Origin: Verrucomicrobiia bacterium
GTDB lineage: Bacteria > Verrucomicrobiota > Verrucomicrobiia > Chthoniobacterales > UBA6821
DNA: 64,000 bases
Direction: 5' to 3'
NCBI GenBank assembly: GCA_040380225.1
Contig: JBEIJN010000008.1
Location: 5,183-69,182, forward strand
The position numbers and the translations under genes are program-made. Each line of letters opens with the position of its first letter. Positions within the stretch are counted from its first letter, which is position 1. Of the stretch, positions 26,875-34,778 are shown piece after piece. The notes below the pieces were generated by a model that was not told where the DNA came from, ran no database searches, and was given only the letters and a program-made list of their open reading frames with translations.

Positions 26875-27339
26875 ATGCAGCTCTCGATGCGCACCGACTA
26901 CGCCCTTCGGGCGCTCTTTACCCTCGTGGAGCACCGGGGTGGGCCTCCCATCCCGATCCTGGAACTAGCCCGTCGCAACGACGTTCCGAAGCGCTTTCTC
27001 GAGCACATCATGCTCGACCTGAAGGAAAAGGGATGGGTCGCCAGCACCGCGGGAAAACGCGGCGGCTACCAACTCGCCAAGGCTCCCGAAAAGATCACGA
27101 TGGGGGAAGTGGTCCGGCACTTCGACGGCTATCTGGCACCGATCGCCTGCGTCTCGGTCACCGATTACAAGCGCTGCTCCCAGGAACCGACCTGCCGCTT
27201 CCGCCGCGTTATGCTGACCGCGAGGAATCTGGTAGCCGGCCTCATGGACAGAACAACTCTGGCCGATGTCATGAAATCCTCCCCGGTTGGCACCGAGGAA
27301 CTCAAGCGTATCCAAGGACTCGACGGGGAAGGGATCTGA
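26875..27339 (+). CDS. Rrf2-family transcriptional regulator (IscR/CymR-like)
   Basis: MQLSMRTDYALRALFTL N-terminus and a wHTH. Cysteines at IACVSVTDYKRCSQEPTC could ligate an Fe-S cluster. Confidence 0.85.
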   Translation: MQLSMRTDYALRALFTLVEHRGGPPIPILELARRNDVPKRFLEHIMLDLKEKGWVASTAGKRGGYQLAKAPEKITMGEVVRHFDGYLAPIACVSVTDYKRCSQEPTCRFRRVMLTARNLVAGLMDRTTLADVMKSSPVGTEELKRIQGLDGEGI

Positions 27340-27358
27340 GAAAACTTTGTTTTCTCAG
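27336..27358 (+). terminator. perfect 10-bp hairpin (CTGAGAAAAC-ttt-GTTTTCTCAG) overlapping the rrf2 stop codon
   Basis: Direct reading. No U-tract follows, so intrinsic-terminator status is uncertain. Confidence 0.35.
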
Positions 27359-27495
27359 ATCGGGAATAAGGACTCGGTTTTCGTTACTAGGAAGCAAGGG
27401 AGCCGAAGATCAAGGAGATATCCAAGGTTTCAGACTTTCTGATCAAACCTTTGTGCCAAGCATACAACACCCATTAAAACACATCGTATTTTTAT

Positions 27496-27516
27496 AGACG
27501 ACTTTTCTAATCGCTA
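27496..27516. promoter_or_regulatory. candidate operator, ACGA-N8-ATCG motif, site 3 (ATAGACGACTTTTCTAATCGCTAT)
   Basis: Imperfect palindrome about 60 nt upstream of the first gene of the sbp-cysTWA operon. Its overall shape recalls IscR type-1 sites (ATA..GACT..W-rich..AGTC..TAT). Confidence 0.45.
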
Positions 27517-27576
27517 TTTTCTTGACGACAAATAAATCCGTGTGGATAACTTGGTATTAGTGAATAAAATTCACCC

Positions 27577-27900
27577 ATGAAACAAACCGCAGCTGCTGTA
27601 ATTCTCATCCTCTCATCGGCAATCATAGGATGCAGCACTGCGGCAAAGAAATCACAAGACGACGACAGACCCCAGAACATCAAGGGCAAGATTCCGTTGA
27701 CCGCAGTGCCAAACGCGGTACTTGCGTCGGTCGACCAACACGTTCCCGGAATTTACCTCCACACGGCTTACCTCTGTCAGCATGGAAATCGCAAAGTGTA
27801 CGAACTCAAAGGCCTTTCCCATTTCACTGATTATCAAATCACCGTAACTTCCGAAGGCCACATCCTGGATGTCGATCAGGACAGTTCACTCTCCGATTAA
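27577..27900 (+). CDS. small lipoprotein, PepSY-like fold suspected
   Basis: Lipobox IIGCS. KVYELKG...YQITVTSEGHILDVDQD resembles PepSY-like (DUF2874-type) repeats. AT-rich gene. Confidence 0.45.
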   Translation: MKQTAAAVILILSSAIIGCSTAAKKSQDDDRPQNIKGKIPLTAVPNAVLASVDQHVPGIYLHTAYLCQHGNRKVYELKGLSHFTDYQITVTSEGHILDVDQDSSLSD

Positions 27901-27947
27901 ACCAAAAACCCGACTCCCAATCTTACCAAACACACAAAACACTTCAT

Positions 27948-28988
27948 ATGATCATGAAAACCACACGCATTCTTACTCTTATCCTCCCAATGCTTGGGGC
28001 CCTCGCAATCAATACCCTCCAAGCAGAAGTCTCACTCCTGAACGTGAGCTACGACCCGACCCGGGAACTCTACACGGAGTTCAACAAGGCCTTTGCCAAG
28101 CACTGGAAGTCACAAACCGGAGAGGATGTGAAGATCGCCACCTCCCATGGCGGATCCGGCTCCCAGTCCCGACTCATCCAGGATGGTAGCGATGCCGATG
28201 TGGCAACGCTGGCCCTTGCCTATGACATCGATGCCATCCATGAGAAGGGAAGCATCGGAACCCTTGACAAGCCGCTCATCCCGAAGAATTGGCAGTCACG
28301 CCTCCCTCATAACAGTTCCCCCTACACCTCGACGATCGTCTTCCTGGTCCGAAAGGGAAACCCGAAGAACATCAAGGACTGGGATGACCTGATCCGCGAA
28401 GACGTCTCCGTCGTGACCCCGAACCCCAAGACGGGTGGCGGCGCCCGCTGGAACTTCCTGGCGGCATGGGCCTACGCCAGGAAGAAGTTCGCAGGGGACG
28501 AGGCGCAGATCCGTGACTTTGTGGGAAAGGTTTACAGGAACGCCCTAAAGAACGGTCTCCCGGCTGCCGCCCGCGCGGGCACAATCGCCTTCACGGAACG
28601 AAAGCTGGGCGATGTCTCCATCTCCTGGGAGAACGAGGCGCTGCTCTTGAAGTCCAAGAACGGCGGAGAATACGAGATCGTGACTCCATCCGTAAGCATC
28701 CTGGCGGAACCCCCCGTGACGGTGATCGATGCCAATGTGGATGCGAAGAACACGCGCAAACAGGCGACAGCTTACCTCGAGTATCTCTACAGCCCCGAGG
28801 GACAGGATATCATCGGCAGGAATTTCTACCGTCCGGTGGATCCAACCGCAAAGGCCAAGTATGCAGGCCAGTTCAAGGAAATCGATCTGGTCACCATCGC
28901 CGACTTCGGCGGCTGGTCCAAGGCCCAGAAAACCTTCTTCGATGACCGGGGTCTCTTTGACCAGATCATCAAGGGGATCAAGAGGTAG
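27948..28988 (+). CDS. sbp: sulfate/thiosulfate ABC transporter substrate-binding protein
   Basis: Signal peptide, then LLNVSYDPTRELY...HGGSGSQSR...NPKTGGGARWNFLAAW, typical of Sbp/CysP. Confidence 0.9.
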   Translation: MIMKTTRILTLILPMLGALAINTLQAEVSLLNVSYDPTRELYTEFNKAFAKHWKSQTGEDVKIATSHGGSGSQSRLIQDGSDADVATLALAYDIDAIHEKGSIGTLDKPLIPKNWQSRLPHNSSPYTSTIVFLVRKGNPKNIKDWDDLIREDVSVVTPNPKTGGGARWNFLAAWAYARKKFAGDEAQIRDFVGKVYRNALKNGLPAAARAGTIAFTERKLGDVSISWENEALLLKSKNGGEYEIVTPSVSILAEPPVTVIDANVDAKNTRKQATAYLEYLYSPEGQDIIGRNFYRPVDPTAKAKYAGQFKEIDLVTIADFGGWSKAQKTFFDDRGLFDQIIKGIKR

Positions 28989-29001
28989 AATCCGATCGGC
29001 C

Positions 29002-29829
29002 GTGGCACTTCGGTCAGAAGCAACCGCGACGACAGGAGGGGAATCCCGAACGGATTCCCTCAATCCGCGCCTTGGCCATCGTTCCACGTCGATCCTCCGC
29101 TACGGGGACCAGCTTGCGGGTCGCAGCCGCGCCATCGATGCCCGGCATGTGCGCGATGTGTCCGGGCATCGGCATCTCCCCCGCTACCGCTGGTCGGATC
29201 CAGCCTCCACGCCCTCCTACAGGATCGGAATCTTCGCCGGAATCCATGGCGACGAGCAGTCGGGCGTGATCGCCGCCCTGCAACTTCTGCACCATCTGGA
29301 GCGCAATCCGATGATCGGCCGCTTCCACGAACTCTTCATCTATCCGGTCTGCAATCCCTGGGGATTCGATCAAAGTCTCCGCGAGGGTGCTTCGGGTCGG
29401 GATCTCAACCGGCTTTTCTGGCAGGAGGAGGCGGAGGTCCTGCTGATCGAACAGGAACTCCGGGCCAAGCGCTTCGACGGCATCATCGCGCTCCACACCG
29501 ACGACACCAGCGAGGGGATCTACGGGTATGTGAACGGCAGCACCCTCACCCGCCACCTGCTCGAGCCCTCTCTGGATGCAGCCTCCTCAATCCTGCCTCG
29601 CGATCACCGCCCTGAGATCGACACCCATCCGGCGGAACGCTCGATCATCACCGGCGGCTACACCGGGATTCTGTCCGCACCGCCGGATCAACATCCGAAA
29701 CCCTTCGAGATCGTCTTTGAGACCCCCCATCTGGCGCCGCTTGGCAAACAGGTTGAGGCTCATCTGGCCGCCGTGAAGGAGATTCTGAGGATTTTCCCCC
29801 AGATCAGCTCCCAGGGAATGGATATCTAG
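29002..29829 (+). CDS. M14-like zinc carboxypeptidase (succinylglutamate desuccinylase/aspartoacylase or MpaA-like subfamily)
   Basis: GIHGDE (HxxE), CNPWGF, GRDLNRLF, ALHTDD (second His) and FETPH (catalytic Glu). No ATG lies between the sbp stop and the motifs. The GTG at 29002 is a guess. Confidence 0.65.
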   Translation: MALRSEATATTGGESRTDSLNPRLGHRSTSILRYGDQLAGRSRAIDARHVRDVSGHRHLPRYRWSDPASTPSYRIGIFAGIHGDEQSGVIAALQLLHHLERNPMIGRFHELFIYPVCNPWGFDQSLREGASGRDLNRLFWQEEAEVLLIEQELRAKRFDGIIALHTDDTSEGIYGYVNGSTLTRHLLEPSLDAASSILPRDHRPEIDTHPAERSIITGGYTGILSAPPDQHPKPFEIVFETPHLAPLGKQVEAHLAAVKEILRIFPQISSQGMDI

Positions 29830-29899
29830 GGAATCGCAGCCCTGAAAGAGCGGCGGCGAAGTCAGTTTTTAGTTGTAAGTTGTTAGTTGTGAGAGGTCA

Positions 29900-29990
29900 G
29901 AACCATGCTCCTTGGAAGGAGCGCGGAATACTACGACGCAGTCGTAGCCCCAACGGAGCGGCACCGCTTTGCGGGGGCAAAGTGCCGTCC
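29900..29990 (-). repeat. family-2 mosaic hairpin repeat, copy 4 (reverse orientation)
   Basis: The reverse complement reads GACGGCACtttgcccccgcaaagcGGTGCCGC...ggctacgactgcgtcgtag...gcatGGTTC. It shares modules with 6763..6820. Confidence 0.75.
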
Positions 29991-29994
29991 ATTC

Positions 29995-30071
29995 AGCAAC
30001 CAGCAACCAGCAACCAGCAACCAGCAACCAGCAACCAGCTACCAGCTACCAGCTACCAGCTACCAACTACC
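29995..30071. repeat. tandem heptamer array: 6x AGCAACC, 4x AGCTACC, 1x AACTACC
   Basis: Direct reading. The same unit (rotated, ACCAGCT) forms the array at 36453..36508. Confidence 0.95.
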
Positions 30072-30158
30072 AGCCTCCCCTCATGTTAAAATGGCCTCGC
30101 CTTCAAAAGACGACTGGCTTTCCCGTTGTTTTACGGCATTCTTTTCGCCTGCTTCGCC

Positions 30159-30986
30159 ATGTCCAAGAAACGCCACATCCTTCCCGGATTCCACCTGAGC
30201 CTCGGGTGGACCGTGACCTGGCTTTCCCTGATCGTCCTCCTGCCCGTGATCGCACTCGCCGGGAAGACCGCTTCGGGTGGGTGGGAGCATTTCTGGGAAA
30301 CTGTCACCGATCCCGAGGTCGTCGCGACCTATCGCGTGACCTTCGGCATCTCCCTGATCGCCGCCATCATCAACGGTCTCTTCGGCTTCCTGGCGGCATG
30401 GATCTTCGCGCGCTACGAGTTCCCCGGGCGCAGGCTGATGGAGGCCGCGACCGATCTGCCTTTTGCCCTTCCGACCGCGGTGGCCGGAATCGCCCTCACC
30501 TCCCTCTACTCGCCCAACGAGTGGATCGGAAAACACCTTGAGCCGCTCGGGATCAAGATCGCCTTCACCCCGGCCGGCGTCCTCATCGCGATGACCTTCA
30601 TCGGCTTTCCTTTCGTCGTGCGCGCCGTGCAACCGGTCATCACGGAACTCTCCTCCGATGTGGAGGAGGCCGCGGCCTGCCTCGGAGCAAGCCGCTGGCA
30701 GACCCTGCGCCATGTCGTCCTCCCTCCCCTGCTTCCCGCGCTGCTTGCCGGGATCATCATGTCCTACGGGCGCGCCGTCGGGGAATACGGCTCCATTGTC
30801 TTCATCTCCGGCAACATACCCTTCAGGACCGAGATCACCCCGCTGATGATCGTCACCAAGCTGGAGCAGTACGACTATACCGGGGCCGCCGCGATCGGCT
30901 TCACGATGCTGGCCGCTTCGCTCGTGATCGTCGTGATAGGAAACAAGCTCCAGAGTTGGGGTAACCGCTTCCGCAAATCCGCCTGA
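30159..30986 (+). CDS. cysT: sulfate ABC transporter permease CysT(U)
   Basis: MSKKRHILPGFHLSLGWT start and an EAA-loop region (EEAAACLGASRWQTLRHVVLP). Confidence 0.9.
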   Translation: MSKKRHILPGFHLSLGWTVTWLSLIVLLPVIALAGKTASGGWEHFWETVTDPEVVATYRVTFGISLIAAIINGLFGFLAAWIFARYEFPGRRLMEAATDLPFALPTAVAGIALTSLYSPNEWIGKHLEPLGIKIAFTPAGVLIAMTFIGFPFVVRAVQPVITELSSDVEEAAACLGASRWQTLRHVVLPPLLPALLAGIIMSYGRAVGEYGSIVFISGNIPFRTEITPLMIVTKLEQYDYTGAAAIGFTMLAASLVIVVIGNKLQSWGNRFRKSA

Positions 30987-31002
30987 CCACCGTTCCCGAT
31001 CC

Positions 31003-31932
31003 ATGGCCAGCTTCATCGATTTCAGGAATCCTCCGGGCAGTGACCGGCGTGCCGACAGCGCCTTCCGTGCCACCTCGGAGCCGCTTTGGGTGCGGAGAAT
31101 GCTGATCGGCATCGTCCTTGCCTTCTTCATCCTCTTCCTGGGACTGCCACTGGTGGTTGTCTTTCAGGGGGCACTTGCCAAGGGAACGGAACACTTCGTT
31201 GCGGCGTTCCGCGATTACGACATCCTGCACTCGGTCCTCATGACGCTGGCGGTGACCCTGATCTCGGTCCCCGCCAACACGCTCTTCGGCATTGCCGCCG
31301 CCTGGTCGATCACACGCTACCGATTCTTCGGCCGCCAGGCGTTGCTTGCCCTGATCGACCTTCCCCTCTGGGTCTCCCCCGTGATCGGCGGCCTCGTCTA
31401 CGTGCTGCTCTACGGACGGCGCGGCTACATGGGCCCGTGGCTCCAGGCGCATGACATCAAGATCATCTTCGCTCTCCCGGGCATGGTCTTGGCCACCACC
31501 TTCGTCACCTTTCCCTTCGTGGCACGAAGCCTGATCCCGCTGATGCAGGCACAGGGGTGCGAGGAGGAGGAGGCCGCGCTGACGCTCGGGGCGGGCGGTT
31601 TCCAGATCCTCAGACGAATCACCCTTCCCAAGATCAAGTGGGGACTCTTCTACGGAGTGATCCTCTGCAATGCGCGCGCCATGGGAGAGTTCGGCGCCGT
31701 CAGCGTCGTCTCGGCAAAAATCAGCGGAAAGACCAACACCATGCCGCTCGAAATCGAACGCCTCTACGGCGATCTCCTCTTCGCGGATGCCTTTGCCGTC
31801 GCATCGGCCCTTTCGCTGCTTGCCCTCATCACCCTCATTCTCAAGACCCTGGCCGAGTGGAAAAACCGCCGGCAGTTCGAGGCGGGTCAACGAGCCCTTC
31901 TCGAACCGACAATCGAGGGAGTCACGAATTGA
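31003..31932 (+). CDS. cysW: sulfate ABC transporter permease CysW
   Basis: Paralogous permease with the EAA loop EEEAALTLGAGGFQILRRITLPKIKW. Confidence 0.9.
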   Translation: MASFIDFRNPPGSDRRADSAFRATSEPLWVRRMLIGIVLAFFILFLGLPLVVVFQGALAKGTEHFVAAFRDYDILHSVLMTLAVTLISVPANTLFGIAAAWSITRYRFFGRQALLALIDLPLWVSPVIGGLVYVLLYGRRGYMGPWLQAHDIKIIFALPGMVLATTFVTFPFVARSLIPLMQAQGCEEEEAALTLGAGGFQILRRITLPKIKWGLFYGVILCNARAMGEFGAVSVVSAKISGKTNTMPLEIERLYGDLLFADAFAVASALSLLALITLILKTLAEWKNRRQFEAGQRALLEPTIEGVTN

Positions 31933-32019
31933 ATCATGTAGCGGCCACCTTTTCACTTTCCCACTTTCCCACTTTCCTCCCCATTACCGATCGCCCATTC
32001 CCTATCACCCACATTCCCA

Positions 32020-32745
32020 ATGAGCATCGAAATCACCTCCCTCACCAAGAACTTCGGCGCGTTTCCCGCCGTGAAGGATGTCAGCCTGCATATCAAGACG
32101 GGCGAGATGGTCGCTTTCCTCGGCCCCAGCGGCTCAGGCAAGACCACCCTCCTGCGCATTATCGCGGGACTGGAGTTCGCCGATCATGGCGAGATTTTCT
32201 TCGACGGGGAGAACGTCACCATGAAGAGCGCCAACGAACGCAAGGCGGGTTTCGTCTTCCAGAGTTACGCCCTCTTCAATCACATGACGATTTTCGAGAA
32301 CATCGCCTTCGGCCTGCGCGTCGCGCCGCGCTCCAAGCGGCTGACGAACGAAAAGATCCGGGAGCGTGTCCTCTCCCTGCTGGAGACAATCCAACTCTCG
32401 GGACTCGAGAACCGCTTCCCGGTGCAGCTCTCGGGTGGGCAGCGCCAGCGTGTCGCCTTCGCCCGTGCACTCGCCGTGGAACCTAGGGTCCTGCTTCTGG
32501 ACGAACCATTCGGCGCCCTCGATGCGAAAGTCCGTCGCGAACTCCGTGCCTGGCTCACTGAGTTTCACAACAAGACCCACCTGACCAGCCTCTTCGTCAC
32601 CCACGATCAGGAGGAAGCCTTCGACGTCGCCGACCGTGTGGTGATCATCGACAAGGGAACCATCCAGCAGATCGGAACCCCTGAGGAAGTCCGCTCCGGG
32701 GGAGGCAACGCTTTCGTCCGCGACTTCCTCGCGATCGATATCTGA
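32020..32745 (+). CDS. cysA: sulfate ABC transporter ATP-binding protein, short form lacking the C-terminal regulatory domain
   Basis: Walker [10 protein letters not shown], signature [10 protein letters not shown] and Walker [12 protein letters not shown]. Ends at 241 aa. Confidence 0.88.
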   Translation: MSIEITSLTKNFGAFPAVKDVSLHIKTGEMVAFLGPSGSGKTTLLRIIAGLEFADHGEIFFDGENVTMKSANERKAGFVFQSYALFNHMTIFENIAFGLRVAPRSKRLTNEKIRERVLSLLETIQLSGLENRFPVQLSGGQRQRVAFARALAVEPRVLLLDEPFGALDAKVRRELRAWLTEFHNKTHLTSLFVTHDQEEAFDVADRVVIIDKGTIQQIGTPEEVRSGGGNAFVRDFLAIDI

Positions 32746-32900
32746 ACGATCAGAGAGGGAATGGGGAATAGGTGATAGGTAATGGGTGATAGGGATATAG
32801 AATAGGGACTTGATTCCGGGAGCGGGGAAGGAGTTAAAAAAAGTCAGGCTCCTCGCTATTCCGAGTGGGTAATATTCCGGAAAAGACAGGCACTGAATGA

Positions 32901-33074
32901 GTTTCACGCAAAGGGACGCAACGATCGCAAAGAAGTGTTCCTCGATGCTGTGTTTTTACTGGTAGGGTAGTTGCAAGAATTTCAAAAAAACACCGTTCTT
33001 ACCCCCTTAATTTCATCGGGCGCTTCTCTTTGATCCTCCCTTGGCGACCTTGCTTTGCGGCCGTTGCGTGAAAC
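32901..33074. repeat. inverted-repeat-bounded AT-rich element (GTTTCACGCAA...TTGCGTGAAAC)
   Basis: The left arm gtttcacgcaa[agggacgcaa]cgatcgcaaag (32901..32932) matches the reverse complement of the right arm ctttgcggccgttgcgtgaaac (33053..33074). About 120 bp of AT-rich core lies between them. Confidence 0.7.
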
Positions 33075-33147
33075 CTGCACGTTTCAATGCCTGCAAAGAG
33101 CGGCGTGTTTGATCGCTCGGACTTTTTCACTTTTCACTTTTCACTTT

Positions 33148-34437
33148 TTAACGCTTCAAGCTTTCCCTCTCCCTGATCGCCTTGGCGAGCAACGAGTAAA
33201 CCTGCGTGTTGTCGATTCTCCCATGGAAGACACCGGCCCCTGGTCCGTTCGCGACGAGCCAGACATCGCCACCGGTGTGACGGGCGGATCTTTCCTTCAA
33301 CGCGGCGGGTTGGACATGATCGAAGGCAACCGCTTCGTTGGTCGATCCTTGCAGATGAGTCACCGGATCAGGCCCTCCCGGTCCCGTGGCCCATGTCAAG
33401 GTCGAGCCCTTGGTCACAGGGCTCTCCATGAGCAACGCCTCGCCGCGAAGTCTTCGCGGGACAGGTGAGTTGAAGGCAAAACCTCCGGTGTTGTGATCCG
33501 TGGTGGCGACCACAAGGACATCCGGCGGCAGTTTCTCCTTGAGCAACCCCATCATGGCATCCAGTTCCAGCACCTCCCCGATGGCGCGTTTCGCCTGATT
33601 CTGATGGCACGCCTTGTCGGGAAGGGAGGCCTCGACCATCAGGAAGAAGGGGCGCTTGTCACGAAGCATCAGATCCAATGCCCCGGCCGTCATGTCACGC
33701 AGGCGCAGTGACCTCGTTCCATCGGCATAATAGGGAAAGACATCGGTAAAAAAGGTTCCCAGCACCGGCTTTTCAAGCGCATGACCGGCTTTCACATGGG
33801 CGGTGAAATCCTCCCAACGCGAGAAGGCCAGGATGGGGCGGCTCCTGAGCTCTGCCTCGGTCTTTCGAACCACCTGCAGATCGTCGCTTCCGTAACTCTC
33901 CGTGGCACTCATGTCATGGAACCACTTGTTTCCCCCACCCAGAATGATGTCCGCCCGGACTCCGAGCTGCGGCACGATCTTTGAGGCGATGAGGGAATGC
34001 TGATTGCGGTCAGGACACTCAACGGAGAATGGGGCGGGGGTGGCCCCGGTCACCGAGTCGTCCGTGATGGTTCCCGTCGACCATCCGGCCTTGCGTGCCA
34101 GATCGAGCAGGCTAAGCGGTGCATTCGTCGAGGCGGCGGAGGCCATCCCGATGACGTGATTATCAGCCTTGATTCCCCGAGCCAGGGCCGTGGCCGCAGC
34201 GGCGGAATCGGTCACCATGTCATTGGCTGAGTAGGTCGAGACAAATGCGGTCGCCGGATATCCATCCATCGTCAACTTCCCCTCGGCCCCGCCGGCGTAA
34301 CAGCGCGAGGCGGTCAGGAGTTCCTGAGAGGTGCCGTCGGAAATGATCAGGACAATGCCTCGTGGTGACTTGGAGGCAGCACCGACAGGATCAGCCCATA
34401 CGACAAAAAGTATCAGAGAAACAACAAGGCGCATCAT
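33148..34437 (-). CDS. alkaline phosphatase (PhoA family), secreted
   Basis: Signal peptide MMRLVVSLILFVVWADPVGA, the active-site region DSAAAATA and the metal-site motifs TDHNTGG and HTGGDV. Confidence 0.85.
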   Translation of the reverse strand: MMRLVVSLILFVVWADPVGAASKSPRGIVLIISDGTSQELLTASRCYAGGAEGKLTMDGYPATAFVSTYSANDMVTDSAAAATALARGIKADNHVIGMASAASTNAPLSLLDLARKAGWSTGTITDDSVTGATPAPFSVECPDRNQHSLIASKIVPQLGVRADIILGGGNKWFHDMSATESYGSDDLQVVRKTEAELRSRPILAFSRWEDFTAHVKAGHALEKPVLGTFFTDVFPYYADGTRSLRLRDMTAGALDLMLRDKRPFFLMVEASLPDKACHQNQAKRAIGEVLELDAMMGLLKEKLPPDVLVVATTDHNTGGFAFNSPVPRRLRGEALLMESPVTKGSTLTWATGPGGPDPVTHLQGSTNEAVAFDHVQPAALKERSARHTGGDVWLVANGPGAGVFHGRIDNTQVYSLLAKAIRERESLKR

Positions 34438-34630
34438 GCCCCCCATTGAGCCAACTGCCCGCAGGAAGTGCAATCGCCGTGTCAGCAATTGAGAGGGATA
34501 AGTGAAAAGGGCGTGAAACGTTGAGGCGTTACAATATCGAGTGATAAAGCCCCCTTGCTCACCAATCACTCACGGTATGTGTTACCCATGTCCTGAACCC
34601 AAAGTGTTACCTATGTCCTGACCTACGCCG

Positions 34631-34746
34631 TCTCAGGTCTCAGGTCTCAGGTTTGACGGCACTTGCCTCCCGGCAAGCAGTGCCGCCCTTTCAGGGCTGT
34701 TTGCTGCTCTCACAGTCTACCGCGCCCGATCCCTCGGGCTTGGTTC
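34631..34746 (+). repeat. family-2 mosaic hairpin repeat, copy 2, preceded by (CTCAGGT)x3
   Basis: tctcaggtctcaggtctcaggTTTGACGGCACttgcctcccggcaagcaGTGCCGCC...ctaccgcgc...GCTTGGTTC. Confidence 0.8.
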
Positions 34747-34778
34747 AGGTCTCATCCTTCAGTCTTCCCACTCCCCCA

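Noticed and set aside
27541-27549. Perfect DnaA box (TGTGGATAA) near gyrB-containing region: replication origin?
   Set aside because: It is a single box with no cluster, no adjacent AT-rich unwinding repeats in the usual arrangement, and no dnaA or dnaN nearby. It lies in the sbp-operon promoter and may be coincidental.
28729-29001. N-terminal 90 codons of ORF 28729..29829
   Set aside because: They overlap the 3' end of sbp in another frame and read as Arg/Ser/Pro-rich off-frame text. The M14-like gene was trimmed to begin after the sbp stop.
29995-30071. Tandem heptamer arrays as CRISPR or as coding repeats
   Set aside because: The units are 7-8 nt with no unique spacers, and no cas genes are present. 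The unit length is not a multiple of three and the arrays lie outside supported ORFs.
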